From a virus: 64,000 bases of DNA. Position 1 is the stretch's first letter. Each line of letters starts with the position of its first letter. The position numbers and the translations under genes are program-made. Where the stretch lies: positions 32,001 to 96,000 of the IMG/VR virus record IMGVR_UViG_3300028802_000007. The stretch is one strand, 5' to 3'. The notes under the pieces are model-generated. The model was not told the DNA's origin, made no database searches, and saw only the letters and a program-made list of their open reading frames with translations. Of the stretch, positions 1 to 11,700 are shown in pieces.

Positions 1-1515
1 GGCCGGAAGCCGGACACCATCACCGCGAACGCTGGTGCTGGGTTCAGTCGCGATGCCAAGTCGGAGCTGTTCCTCCTCGCGGTGACCAACATGGTCAGCG
101 AGGACACCTTCTACGAGCGCGGCAAGAACCGTGACAAGCGGTTCGTGGACCTCATCCGTCAGGTCGCCCTCGAGGACGCCGACTGGATCGCTCGCCTCGT
201 CCCGTACCTGCGCGACACCATGAACATGCGATCCGCCAGCATCGTCATGGCCGCCGAGCTCGTCCACGCCAAGCTGACCCGGCCCGTGGCCGCGTCCAAG
301 ATCAGCAACCGCACCATCATCGACTCCGCCATCAAGCGGGCCGACGAGCCGGCGGAGATGCTGGGCTACTGGATGAGCGAGTGGGGCAAGACCTTCCCGC
401 AGCCGGTGAAGCGCGGCGTCGCCGACGCTGTCGTGCGCCTGTACAACGAGCGCAGCCTGATCAAGTACGACGGTGGCGACAAGGCCATCCGCTTCGGCGA
501 TGTCATCGACCTCACCCACCCGGAGGCCAAGGCCCCGTGGCAGTCGAGCCTGTTCAAGTACGCCCTCGACGACCGCCACAAGCGGGACATGCCCCTGCCG
601 TGGTCGGCGGAGGCAGCGCCGCTGCCGACGGTGCAGGCCAACCGCAACGCGATGATGCTCGACCAGGAGACGTTCCGGGCCTTCTTCTCCGCCGACTGGG
701 TGGAGAACGCGGGCCTGACGTGGGAGCAGGCGTCGTCCAAGTACGGCAAGCTCGACGCGAAGTTCTGGGAGGCGATGATCCCGAACATGGGCATCTTCGC
801 CATCGTGCGGAACCTCCGCAACTTCAGCGATGCCGACATCAGCACGGCCACCCAGGATCTGGTGCGGGCCAAGCTGTCGGACGAGGAGGCCATCCGCAAG
901 TCGCGGATGTTCCCGCTCCGGTTCATGGCCGCGTACACCGCGACCAAGAGCCTGACCTACGCCCGCGAGCTCGAGGTCGCCATCGACACCGCCACCTCCA
1001 ACGTGCCTGCCCTCAAGGGCAAGACGCTGGTGCTGGTGGACGTGTCCGGCTCCATGGACGCTGCCCTGTCGGCCAAGTCCGACGTGAAGCGGTTCGCCGT
1101 GGCGTCGGTCTTCGGCGCGGCTCTCGCGATCCGTGCGGAGGACGCGGACCTCGTGGCGTTCTCGGACACCACAGCGGTCATCCCGACCCGCAAGGGTGAC
1201 TCCGTGCTGGTGACGGCCAACGCCATCCTCCAGGCCCTGCCTCACGGCGGGACCCAGACGTGGCAGTCGGTTCAGCGGACCTTCAAGGGTCACGACCGGA
1301 TCGTCATCATCACCGACGAGCAGGCCGACATGGGCTACACCGCCGGGTCCATCCCCGACGGGGTGAAGCTGTACACCTTCAACGTGGCTGGCTACCGTGT
1401 CGGCCACGCGCCTTCGGGCAAGAAGGACAAGTACACGTTCGGCGGGCTCACCGACGCGGCCTTCACCGCGATCGAGCTGCTCGAGCGGGGAACCGACCAG
1501 ACCTGGCCGTTCTGA
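1..1515 (+). CDS. Ro60/TROVE-vWA RNA-binding protein (Rsr-like), 5'-truncated by the window edge
   Basis: Frame is open from base 1 (GFSRDAKSELFLLAVTNMVSEDTFYE, TROVE-like N-terminus); RNLRN motif; vWA MIDAS DVSGSM; IIITDEQ. Confidence 0.9.
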   Translation, partial: GRKPDTITANAGAGFSRDAKSELFLLAVTNMVSEDTFYERGKNRDKRFVDLIRQVALEDADWIARLVPYLRDTMNMRSASIVMAAELVHAKLTRPVAASKISNRTIIDSAIKRADEPAEMLGYWMSEWGKTFPQPVKRGVADAVVRLYNERSLIKYDGGDKAIRFGDVIDLTHPEAKAPWQSSLFKYALDDRHKRDMPLPWSAEAAPLPTVQANRNAMMLDQETFRAFFSADWVENAGLTWEQASSKYGKLDAKFWEAMIPNMGIFAIVRNLRNFSDADISTATQDLVRAKLSDEEAIRKSRMFPLRFMAAYTATKSLTYARELEVAIDTATSNVPALKGKTLVLVDVSGSMDAALSAKSDVKRFAVASVFGAALAIRAEDADLVAFSDTTAVIPTRKGDSVLVTANAILQALPHGGTQTWQSVQRTFKGHDRIVIITDEQADMGYTAGSIPDGVKLYTFNVAGYRVGHAPSGKKDKYTFGGLTDAAFTAIELLERGTDQTWPF

Positions 1516-1982
1516 TGGCGAGCGAAGGGCGGTCGAAGCAGGATGTCCTAGCTTCGACCGCCCTCAACGCCGACACCATCTACCGGATCAGGTTCAACAA
1601 CCGACTGGCCGAACTCACCGAAGCTGGCGCACCCTTCACGTCTGAGGATGTCACGTCAATCGTCGGCGTCCCGAACAACGTGGTGGTCGGGGCCCTGATG
1701 AACGCGGCGGCCACGATGGGCTACATCCGCCGACAGGAGTACGTCGCAGCGGAGCGTGAGCATCGTCACGCCTCCATCATCACCCGCTGGATCGGCACCA
1801 ACAGAAAGATGACCAAGATCCTGCTCGCTGAAGACGTGACGACGGTCAAGGCCCACTGGCGGTGCATCACCTGCCAGCAGCCAGCCAGCACAGAACCGAC
1901 CCCGTCGCTCGACCCGACGATGGCGATCGGCAAGTGCTTCGTGTGCCGGAAGCCCTCGACGTTCAGGCGCATCGGGGACTAG
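1515..1982 (+). CDS. Hypothetical protein with C-terminal CxxC..CxxC zinc ribbon
   Basis: ATG overlaps the TROVE stop (TGATG); CITC...CFVC. Confidence 0.6.
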   Translation: MASEGRSKQDVLASTALNADTIYRIRFNNRLAELTEAGAPFTSEDVTSIVGVPNNVVVGALMNAAATMGYIRRQEYVAAEREHRHASIITRWIGTNRKMTKILLAEDVTTVKAHWRCITCQQPASTEPTPSLDPTMAIGKCFVCRKPSTFRRIGD

Positions 1983-1992
1983 ACTGCGGCCC

Positions 1993-2436
1993 GTGGCCCA
2001 GTCCCCCTTCCCAGATGAAGTCATGCGCGAGACCGCCCACTGGGCGGCGTACTTCGCCAACGACTGGAAGCAAGAGTCACCACGGCAGACGCACACATCG
2101 TCGCTAGCTGCCGACGGGACGCCCCAATGGCATCCCGACTTCCTCAAGTGGATCACCCGCGACGAGGACAACAAGCCCTTCCGCCGCAACGGCGAGGAGC
2201 GGCTCCGCACCACCAAGGTCATGCGCCGTCTCCGGCGGGTGGCCGTCCGCGAGTACGAGGTCCTCTACAGGGTCCTCGTCCTTGGCGAGAGGCTGGAGGA
2301 GACGACCATATGGCTCAACGAACGCGCACTCCGCAATGCCATCCCGCTCCAACCAGGAAGAGACGTCCATTACTCCGACAAGGACACCTGGGCCCTCGTC
2401 ATCTGTGGCATCGACTACGCCCGGCAGTACTACTAG
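1993..2436 (+). CDS. Hypothetical protein, possibly a transcription regulator
   Basis: Compact ORF in operon; function not assignable. Confidence 0.5.
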   Translation: MAQSPFPDEVMRETAHWAAYFANDWKQESPRQTHTSSLAADGTPQWHPDFLKWITRDEDNKPFRRNGEERLRTTKVMRRLRRVAVREYEVLYRVLVLGERLEETTIWLNERALRNAIPLQPGRDVHYSDKDTWALVICGIDYARQYY

Positions 2437-2936
2437 CTCTCGTCTTCGCCCTCGTGGCACCGGCCCGGGCAGGAGCTCCGACTCCCTTCACCCCGGTCCC
2501 TGACTCCGCCTTCACGGCGGTGGTGATCCCGCCCTCACCTCACCCGACCCCGATCCAGCTCGTCCTCGAGCCTGTCGTCGAGCGTCCGGTCGTCACCCAA
2601 CCGCCGGTCCCCACGGCGCAGCCCAAGGTCATCACGACGCCGTACAAGGCACCCCTCAGATCAGGCCGGTTCGTCGTCGGTGTGGCGACCTACTACTGCT
2701 GGCCCGCCGGAGGCTCGCGTTGCACCCACGGATACCCCGCCAGCGGCGCGTACGGGGCTGCTGGGCCCGCGCTGCGGGCCGCACTGGGCAACTGGCGTGG
2801 GAAGACCGTCTACGTCAACGGCGTGGCCGTGAGGCTCATTGATTGGTGCGGCTGCGGTGGCGACCACGTCATCGACGTCTACCACTCGACGTGGGTCAAG
2901 ATCCCGAACCAGAGCCACGTCGTCATCCGCTGGTAG
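2388..2936 (+). CDS. Secreted Pro-rich protein with RlpA/expansin-like double-psi beta-barrel domain (start uncertain)
   Basis: Signal-like RPAVLLALVFALVAPARA, P/T-rich linker, then GVATYY...RLIDWCGC...IDV. Confidence 0.6.
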   Translation: MGPRHLWHRLRPAVLLALVFALVAPARAGAPTPFTPVPDSAFTAVVIPPSPHPTPIQLVLEPVVERPVVTQPPVPTAQPKVITTPYKAPLRSGRFVVGVATYYCWPAGGSRCTHGYPASGAYGAAGPALRAALGNWRGKTVYVNGVAVRLIDWCGCGGDHVIDVYHSTWVKIPNQSHVVIRW

Positions 2937-3389
2937 TCAGCACAGGTCGATGACGTAATAGGCGGCGTAGTACCTGCCCAGATAGCCGGTCCACGCACCA
3001 CCGCCATGGTCGTAGCGGGCGGCGGTCAGGATCGACCAGTGGGCTGGCGAACCCTTCCACTGGGCCATGAACGCGGGCCCGGTGGCGGCGTAGTTGTTCC
3101 AGGCGAGGACCTCGCCGACCAGCCGCCAGCAGACGTGCGCTGCCGACAGGGCAGCCTTGACCGGGCCAAGGTCATGCCACGTCCGTCCGGCGCGGGCCAT
3201 GGTGTAGGCACGCTGAGCTCCGACGACGCACAGCATGTCCATGACCCGCACGTCGGGCGATCGCGAAGCGTTGAGGGCCGTGGTCAGCGACGCGCAGCGC
3301 GAGGCCACGATGGGGCTCGAGGCCCCGGTCGTCTGGGCCGTGCCCAGCAGGAGGGCGGCGGCCAGCAGGGAGGCGAGGGCGACCCGCAT
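2937..3389 (-). CDS. Secreted CAP/SCP-domain protein
   Basis: Signal peptide; GEVLAWN and WKGSPAHWSIL match the CAP GEN.A / W..SPGH motifs. Confidence 0.75.
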   Translation of the reverse strand: MRVALASLLAAALLLGTAQTTGASSPIVASRCASLTTALNASRSPDVRVMDMLCVVGAQRAYTMARAGRTWHDLGPVKAALSAAHVCWRLVGEVLAWNNYAATGPAFMAQWKGSPAHWSILTAARYDHGGGAWTGYLGRYYAAYYVIDLC

Positions 3390-3607
3390 CAGTGGACGCC
3401 GTTGGATCGGCGACCGGCGATGAAGCCAGCCAGCAGGGCGACGATGACCGAGATGATGCGACCGATGGCGTCAGCCGCTGACACCACGTCTTGTTCAGGG
3501 TGGGTCAGCCTGATGTAAAGGATGGCCGCCGTCGTCATCAGAACCACGACGACGACGACAGCGGTGAGGGCCAAGGCGATGAGATCTGCGGTCGGGCGCT
3601 GCTTCAC
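3389..3607 (-). CDS. Two-TM membrane protein (holin-like)
   Basis: Two hydrophobic helices; lies at the end of the late operon. Confidence 0.55.
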   Translation of the reverse strand: MKQRPTADLIALALTAVVVVVVLMTTAAILYIRLTHPEQDVVSAADAIGRIISVIVALLAGFIAGRRSNGVH

Positions 3608-3613
3608 GCATGG

Positions 3614-3790
3614 CTACTTTCGCTTCCTTGGCCGCGTCGAGATCAACACTGAGCCGCAGTTGGGACAGGGCTTCATCTTGAAGCCCGGAAGCTTGAGCCA
3701 CCGGAAACCACAGTCGGGCTTCGGGCAGGCCATGGGCAGGCCGTAGTCCTCGGCCCGGATCTTGGGGCGGGCGTTCCCGCCCACGGTCAT
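3614..3790 (-). CDS. Small zinc-ribbon protein
   Basis: CPKPDC...CPNC with basic tail. Confidence 0.45.
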   Translation of the reverse strand: MTVGGNARPKIRAEDYGLPMACPKPDCGFRWLKLPGFKMKPCPNCGSVLISTRPRKRK

Positions 3791-3821
3791 GGGGTCAGAT
3801 AGGAGGGCACCCCGTAGGTGC

Positions 3822-4097
3822 TCATTCGGTCGTGGCCCAGCGGAGACCGGCCCGGTACAGAGCCCGGATGCCAGCGCCGATGAGAGCGAAGGCGGCGACC
3901 TGAGGCGTGGCAACGGCAGCGCCGAAGTCCGTGACCTGGACCGCCACGAGGGCGGCTGCGCCGGAGAGCAGCACGTCCGCGACCAGGTCCTTGATGAACT
4001 TCTTGCCGTTGAACGGAGAGACGCCGGTCCCGTCGGTCAGGACGCCGACGACAGCCCCCTGCTTCGGGGCCGGGTCAGGCAGCTTGGGATCAGGCAT
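3822..4097 (-). CDS. Holin-like membrane protein
   Basis: Two hydrophobic segments and basic C-terminus; follows the tail genes. Confidence 0.55.
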   Translation of the reverse strand: MPDPKLPDPAPKQGAVVGVLTDGTGVSPFNGKKFIKDLVADVLLSGAAALVAVQVTDFGAAVATPQVAAFALIGAGIRALYRAGLRWATTE

Positions 4098-4142
4098 TGG
4101 GCACCTCGAACGAAGCGACCTCTCCCGGCTGCCTTGCGGAGT

Positions 4143-5723
4143 CTACGCCGTGCGGGCTTGGCAGTACACGGTTATTCCGCCGGCTGGGGCCGACGTAAGC
4201 GTGAACGAGGCGGCGTCAGGATCGGTCTCGACGAAGGCCACACCCTTGACCAGCGGGGTCATCGTGCCGCCCGATCCGGTGTAAACCTGAAGCGTGCCCG
4301 GGATGTACGGCGGGACGATGTGGAAGAGGGTGCGGCTGCCGTTGGCGGCCTCGACCGCCTCGTCCGCGTAGTACGAACCGTACGGGTAGGAGTCGGACGT
4401 GGCGTCGGTCCCGACGACCGGCTGGGGCTGGGGCTTCGGGCGCATCTTGCGGAGGAACTGCCACCACCAGACGGGGTCCGACATCTGGAGGCCGAACGTG
4501 CCCTCGAACTGGACGAAGGTCACCGGATCGTTGTCGGGGTTGTCCGATGGCAGGGTCGGGAAGGTGATCTTCACCTGACGGAGCGGGACGTTGATGGTGT
4601 ACGGCGTGGCTCCGTTGTCCTCGCTGAAGGACCACAGGTTGAGGGTCGTGACCATGCCCGGGATGAGCTGCTGTCGCTCGCCGCCGGAGATCGGCACGTC
4701 GTGGCTGAACCACGTCAGGACGAACTGGCGATCGGGGTTGACCAGGCCCTGCGCTCCTGTCACGGGCGACGTGCCAGAGGTGGAGCCGCTGATGAGGGCG
4801 TTGGCTCGAGCGGTCACCTCAGCCGAGCTCTTGAAGCGGTCCTCGCCCGGGTGGTTCTCGGCCAACTGCCAGCGACCGTTGTCGGTGATGCTGGTCGCGT
4901 TGCTCTTGTGGGCCATCACGATGGTGCCGTTGGTACCGATAGGCGATCCGCCCCAGATGAAGACCTCGTTGATGACCGACGTGCCGTCGTCGGTGACGGT
5001 GCCGTCACGCCAGCCGATGAAGCTGGTGCCGTCGGGGATGTCGCTGAAGCCCCACGGTGCGGCGGTCGTCTGGAGGGCCAGCCAGTTGAGGTTGGCTCCG
5101 CCGTCCACCCAGTAGATGCAGGCGAGCTGGCCGTGGATCGTGGTCTCGATGACGAGCGAGTCGAGGACCGCACGCATCGTCTCGCCCTGGCTGGGCCAGA
5201 CGTACTTCACGGTGAAGTCGTTGACGTGATCGACCTTGGTGGTCACATCGAGCGTGCCGCCACCACTGAAGCCCAGATCGAAGTACTGCGCGTAGAGGGC
5301 GATGATGTGCTTGTCGTTGCCGTTGGCACCGACGCCGACCGACGGGATGATGTGGGTGTAGTCGGTGGTCCGGCGGAGGACGCGCTTGTCGAGCAGGTGG
5401 TTGTAGTCCACCCCGTCGAGCTGCCATCGGCGACCGGTCACGGGTTCTGACGTGTCGAGCGCCGGAAAGAAGAAGTCGCGGGTGACCTGAGTCACGAAGC
5501 CGCCGAACATCTGGACGGTGCCCAAGGTCATCTCGAGCCTGCCACCCGTGACGAACGAGTGGGTCTGGTTCGGGTCCTTGACCGTGATGTGGAAGGACCC
5601 GGGAACCGCCGCAGCTTGGAGCTCGAAGTAGGCGTCGATGTAGGTGCAGGACGTGGTGATGTCAGTCGTCGTGCCCGACGGGTCGATGTAGATGATGGTG
5701 ATGTCTTCGGGCACCTTGCTCAT
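4143..5723 (-). CDS. Minor tail / baseplate hub-like protein
   Basis: Position after tail proteins; paralogous to the central domain of 5720..11953. Confidence 0.7.
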   Translation of the reverse strand: MSKVPEDITIIYIDPSGTTTDITTSCTYIDAYFELQAAAVPGSFHITVKDPNQTHSFVTGGRLEMTLGTVQMFGGFVTQVTRDFFFPALDTSEPVTGRRWQLDGVDYNHLLDKRVLRRTTDYTHIIPSVGVGANGNDKHIIALYAQYFDLGFSGGGTLDVTTKVDHVNDFTVKYVWPSQGETMRAVLDSLVIETTIHGQLACIYWVDGGANLNWLALQTTAAPWGFSDIPDGTSFIGWRDGTVTDDGTSVINEVFIWGGSPIGTNGTIVMAHKSNATSITDNGRWQLAENHPGEDRFKSSAEVTARANALISGSTSGTSPVTGAQGLVNPDRQFVLTWFSHDVPISGGERQQLIPGMVTTLNLWSFSEDNGATPYTINVPLRQVKITFPTLPSDNPDNDPVTFVQFEGTFGLQMSDPVWWWQFLRKMRPKPQPQPVVGTDATSDSYPYGSYYADEAVEAANGSRTLFHIVPPYIPGTLQVYTGSGGTMTPLVKGVAFVETDPDAASFTLTSAPAGGITVYCQARTA

Positions 5724-8700
5724 GGGAGGGCTCCGTTCGTGATGTAGGCCATTGTGACGTCGGCGCTCTCCGTCAAGGCTGCGTGCATCGTGATGAGACC
5801 GAAGTCGTCAGCGGTCAGGGTCCACGCCGATCCGCTCTGGAGGATGCCGTTGACGCTGACGAGGGCCGTCCCGGTCAGGATGGAGTTGGTCGCCTGCCAC
5901 AGGGAGTTCACCGGGTACGAGCCGCCCGACGGGGTGTCCAGCGGGGTCAACACGTCGTTCAGCAGGTGCGTGCCTGACGGCACGGAGCCGGGGCCTGACG
6001 GCGGGATGACGGTACAGGTCCCGACTTGGATCTCGCCGATGTTCGTGGTCCCGCTCGTCGCCCCGTTCTGGTTGACGAGGTAGACCCGGTTGTAGTTGTA
6101 GTGCAGCGAGTCGATGGCAACCGCCGCGCCCGCTGGCTTGCTCCCTGCCGAGTCGGGCCAGACGGTGAGGATGCCTGCTGACCCGTCGTACTCGGCGGTG
6201 TACCACGCGCCCGCGATCCAGGAAGAGCCACCTCCGACGTCGGCGAGGCTGAGCGTAAAGATCTGGGCCTGCACGGTCATGCGGATGGTCAGGCCGCCGC
6301 TTGGAGAGAACTGGAAGTACATCTCGATCCACCCGAAGCCCAGCGTGTTCTCGATCCTGAGCAACCACTGGGTGGAACCGCTGCCTCCACCGTTCGGGAG
6401 AGCGGTCGCCATGAGCCGCATGCTCAGGGTGAACCCCGGGTTGGCGAAGGGGACCACGTTCGAGTTGTAGTAGCCAGCGACGCCCAGGCTCTCGGCGAAG
6501 AAGGACGCACCGTTCACGCCGCTGTTCCCGCCACCGACGAACTGGGTCGTATACGCCGTGCCAGACGAACTCGTCCCGATCGTGTTCGTGCTGGTGGTCC
6601 GGTTGAAGTTGTCCCAGACGTAGACGTCAGCGCAGTTGGAGCCGCAGGGCATCCCCTCGTAGTCGAAGCCGATGGGTCCCCAGAAGGTGTCGGTGGTGTA
6701 GTTGGAAGACGACTGAGTGTTGAACCGCGTGTAGCCACCAGTCACGCCAGCCTGCGTCAACTCGACCATCCAGTCGGCGGGCTCGCTCGTGCCCCACCAG
6801 ACCTTGCCCCGACTGACGCTGGCGCTGTACTCCCACTTCAGGTTGATGTTGACGTTGGTGGGCACGTCGGGAATGCCCACAGAGGCAGAGCCCGCACCTG
6901 CCACGGCGAGCTGGAGCTCGCACCCAGCAGGGCTGATCTCCAAGGTCATCCTCCGCTCGCCGCCGGGGACCGGGGAGAAGGGGGCGCTGATCTGCTGGAC
7001 GACGAGACTGAACGCCACTGCGTGGCTACCGAAGGCTGTGCCGTATCGGATGAAGGTCGTACAGGTGAAGTCGTCTCGGAACGGGGCCGCGAAGACCGAG
7101 CCACTGTCTGGGATGTAGGCCATCACGGAGTTAGTGGTGCCACCGCTGTTGAGCGGGACTGCCGCGATCCCGTTCGATACAGCGATGCTGGGGTCACCCG
7201 AACCGTTCACCCACGCTGGACCGCCTTGACTCGGAATGCCCCAGCCGCCCGTCACGACGCGCTGGAAGTTGTCGAAGTTGGACCCGGAACAGGCGCTGAT
7301 GCCGTTGATGTTGAGCTCGTACAGCCGGACGGTCTGGCCGATGTTGGGCAGGAAGAACCAGAAGGTGTTCAGGGGCATCCCGGTGAAGGCCGTGCTCCCA
7401 CAGTCGAGCATGAAACCGGCGGGCTCCGACGCACCCTCCGCCCAGACGTTGGCCTGGACCTGACCACCAGTGATGACCATGTGGAAGTTCCAGATGCCGT
7501 CGTAGGCCAAGTAGGCGGCACCCGTGTTGATGCTGTCACTGACGGCTCCGCCACCCGCATCACTTCCGTACACGGCCCAGTACCCGTCGCCGCCGTCCTT
7601 GTCGATCCAGAAGTCGAAGCCCATATAGTCGTTGAAGAGTTGCGGATTGCCCTCGGACCAGTAGAACTGCGGCTGGGCGTTGTGGTCACCCTCCGTCGTC
7701 GTGTTGGCGATGGACATCTGCCACGTCATATCAACCGCAGACAGGCCCAGGCTGTCCAGCATCATCGTGATGTCCGACCCGCCTGAGCCTGTGTTCTGGG
7801 CCTGCTCAGGGTTGGCCTCAGCGAAGCCGCTGTACACACGGGTGGCACGGTTGATGGCATCGATCTCGTACTGAAGCTGCCCGGGCCCTGCCACCCACAC
7901 CCTGCCGGAGTCGCTCGTGGCCCAGCCACTCACCACAGAGCGGCTGAAGGTGTCGGTGATGCCGCAGTCAGCTTCGGTGCAGCCGGTCTCCTCCTGACCA
8001 CCGACCGGGAGGGGCGTCCCACCGCCACCGCCCAGACCCGGGTAGCCGGTCGGCAACCACGGATCGAACATGCTCCAGACCGCGTCGATCTCCCAACTCA
8101 ACTGGAGGGTGAAGAGCGGGTCGTCCGGCGTCGGCCAGGTGATGGTCATGGTGCGGATCGGGAGGACATCGTCGTGGGTGTCAGGAGCTCCCGGGTAGGC
8201 GGGCGGCATGTAGAACTGGGAGTTGTGGATGTTGACCACGTCGCCGACCGCGAAGACCGGCTCGTAGGTGCGAACCTCGATCGAGCGCATGGGGTTCTTG
8301 GCACCGCGCAGCGAGGCAGGGGAGCCCTCGACAGCCGCTCGAGCCACGGCGTTGGCGGTAGCCTGCTTGTAGATGCCGGAGGTGAAGTTGCCGTACTGCC
8401 AGCGGCCATGGTCGCTCTGGCTGGGGGCACTCTGGTAGCGGGACTTGACGATCTGATTGCTGCCCTTGCCAGCGCCCCAGACGATCGCATCGTTGATCAT
8501 CTCGGTCGCGTCCTCGACGATCCGCGCCTCGCGGTAGCCCACGTCCATCGCGCCCGACGGAGTGTCGGTCAGGGTGTACGGGCTGCTGACGAGGTCGGCA
8601 TCGACGTAGGTCACGACCTTCTGCGGGGTGACGTAGAAGATGGCTCCCGTGTCCCACGACAGGTGGAGCAGCACGTCTCGCAACGTGAAGCCACCTTGGG

Positions 8701-11700
8701 CCACGTTGCCACCGGTCTTGGCCGTCACGCCCTTGATGTCGAGGACGCCCTGACCGACGTGCTGGAAGTTCTTGGTGAAGCCGTCGGTGTCGAAGAACGG
8801 CCAGAGGTTGTTGAGGATGGTGTTGTCGGCGGTCCCAGCGGCGTAGTCCCACGTCCTGCCCGGGTGGGCAGAGTCGTGGAGGATGCGCTTGTCGAGGAAG
8901 CGGTTGTAGTCGCCGCCGACGATGTGGAAGATCCGGGCATCACTCAGCGGGGCCTTCTGGACCGGGAAGGGGAACGCTCTGGTGACCAGCAGGACCCAGC
9001 CGGCCCAGCGCAGGATGCCGCCGATGTAGAGCTCGATCACGTCGCCGGTCTCGAAGGTCAGGTCGTGGTCCTGGTCCACCACGTCGAACTCGCACTCACC
9101 GGTCTGGGCGTTGGTCTTGGCGCTGAACTTGGCCGTCTTCCAGATGACGTGGCCTCGAGACATCTCGACGCCGTTGATGTAGATGCGGGTCGGCACACCG
9201 GTCAGCGGCAGCGTCCCGTTGCCTCCGCCGGACCCACCGCCACCGCCAGATCCGCCACCGCCCCCGGTGCCCGGGATGAACCAGTTGTAGTCGATGGTGA
9301 ACGAGGGCTGGTACGTCAGGTTGATGAGGGCGTTGGCGGTGAAGGTGCCACCGAAGGTGTAGGCGAAGCGGGCGTCAGCGGTGAACGACCCGGTGCGGGT
9401 GCTCTTGAAGAGCGCGTTCGCCGTGAACGTGCCCGTCCGACTGGCCCTGATGGTGGCAGAGGCCCTGAAGTAGCCCTGCGTGATGAAGGCGTCGGCGGTA
9501 TAGGAGCCCGTCCTCGAGGCCTTGATGACGGCCCTGGCCGTGAACGAGCCGGTGCGGGTCGCTCTGATGTAGGCGTCGGCGGTGAAGCGCCTGCTGGCGA
9601 TGACCGCGTTGAGCAGGACTCTGTTGGGGGTGATGCCATAGAGCGCGAAGTTGTCGATCTTGCTGACTTCGCTACCCTCAGGGGAGTAGTAGAAGTCGAG
9701 GAAGGGAACCCCGTTGTTGACCGGGCCCACCTTGTCGTTCATCCGACCCGACGTCAGCGGCGACGACGGCCTCGCAGAGCCGACCTTCCAGACGCGCATC
9801 TCGACGTTCTGGAGAGCGTCGTAGACGAGCTCCGCCGTGTACCACGAGCTCGCATCCAGCGCGAGGGTGGCGTCGGGCACGTTCGGGGAGAAGGACCACT
9901 GACTGGTGCCGACACGCCAGTCACCGGACGTACCGTCCGCCGCGACGTACATGTAGACCGGAGTCGAGGGGTCGTCGAGGTTGATGCCGTACGCCGGGTG
10001 GGCGTTGGACTGGCTCGCCAGCGGCGGCACCCAGAAGTCGAACTGGACGGAGCCTGCTGTCGGACGCGCCCCGAAGCGCCACGACGAGTAGTTGTAGTCG
10101 GCTGGGTGGCCCGTTGGGTGAGCCGGCAGGACGATGCTCGCCCCATCGACGAAGACGTTGTCTGCCGACGACGTGGAGGTGTACGAGTCGTCGTTCGACC
10201 AGACCCACGGAGCCCCAAGCGATCCTGTCCCGGGCCCGACCGACCGGTTGAAGTCGTCACTGAGGACGACCGCGAAGGACTGGGTGATGGTGGCGAGGCG
10301 GATGGCGTCGGCGGTGAAGTAGCCACCGCTTGGGATCTTCAGCCAGGCGTTCGCCGTGAACGAGGCGGTGACGCTCTTCTTGATGGTCGCCGACGCGGTG
10401 TAGGAGCCGGTGCTGATGATCTTGATCCACGCAGACGCCGTGCGCGATCCGGTCTGGGTTCGGAAGCGAACCGCGTTCGCGGTGTACGAACCGGTCTGGG
10501 TGCGCTTGCGGATCGCGTCCGCCGTGAAGGTCGCGGTCTGGGTGCGCCGGGTGAAGGCATCTGCCGTGAACGAGCCGGTGCGGGCGGCGAAGATGACAGC
10601 GTTGGCGGTCAGACTCGAGGTCTGGTTCCGCAGGACGACGGCATTCGCCGTGTACGACCCGGAGCGGGTGACACCGATGACAGCGTTGGCCGTGAAGGAA
10701 CCGGATCGGCTGGCGCGGATCACGGCGTTGGCGGAGAAGGAGGACGCCCCGGACACGAAGAGCTGGGCGTCGGCGGTGAAGGACCCGGCCCGGGTCGCCT
10801 TCAGGACGGCATTCGCGGTCAGGGAACCAGTGACGGGCCTGAGGAGGAACGCGTCCGCCGTGAAGGAGCCAGTGGCAGTGCGCTGGATGACCGCGTCGGC
10901 TGTCGTCGATCCGGTGCGGGTCGCCTTGACCACGGCGTTCGCCGTGAAGGAGCCAGTGCGCGTGGCCTTGATCAGGGCGGCTGCGGTGAAGCTCCCCGTG
11001 CCCGTCGCCTTCAGGATGGCGTTCGCGGTGAAGGTGCCACCCGGGCCCACGCCAGTGCTGATGTAGGCATCGGCGGTGAGGTTCAGCGGCTTGGCGATGA
11101 ACGAGGCACCGATGAGGGCCTTGCGGTTCGCGGCACCACCGGTCGAGCCGATGGTGTACGAGCCTGAAGCAGCCGTCGCGATCTGGTAGTTGACCCCGAT
11201 GGGCGGACGACCGCCGGACTCGAAGTCCTCCGTCATGGAACCAGCCGGGGTCATGCCGACCGGGACGGTGTCGTTCCTCTGGAGGAGGCCGCTGACGAGG
11301 AGGATGACGTCGGCGAGGCCCGGGGTGATGGACTGCGTGCCAGCGGTGGTGAACGAGGACGTCCCGACGAAGGTGTCGAACGCCTTGATGTTCGAGAACT
11401 CCATGACGTCGAACGCGACGTTGTTGGCAGTGCCCGACCAGGTGACCGTGGTCGTCGCCGACAGCGATGTCGTGACGAACTGGTACCACATCACGATGGG
11501 CCAGTCGCCCGCCGTGACACCCGTGTACTCGCGGTCGATCTGTGTCCACGTCCCGTTGTTCAGGGACGCCGTCTCCGCCGTGACGCCGTTCCGCTTGGCG
11601 GAGGCCGCGACGAGGAGGTTGCCGATGGTCGGCGTGGCACCTAGCGTGATGGAGACGTTGGCCGACGCGGTGCCGCTGGACCCGTTGCTCTGGACCTTCG

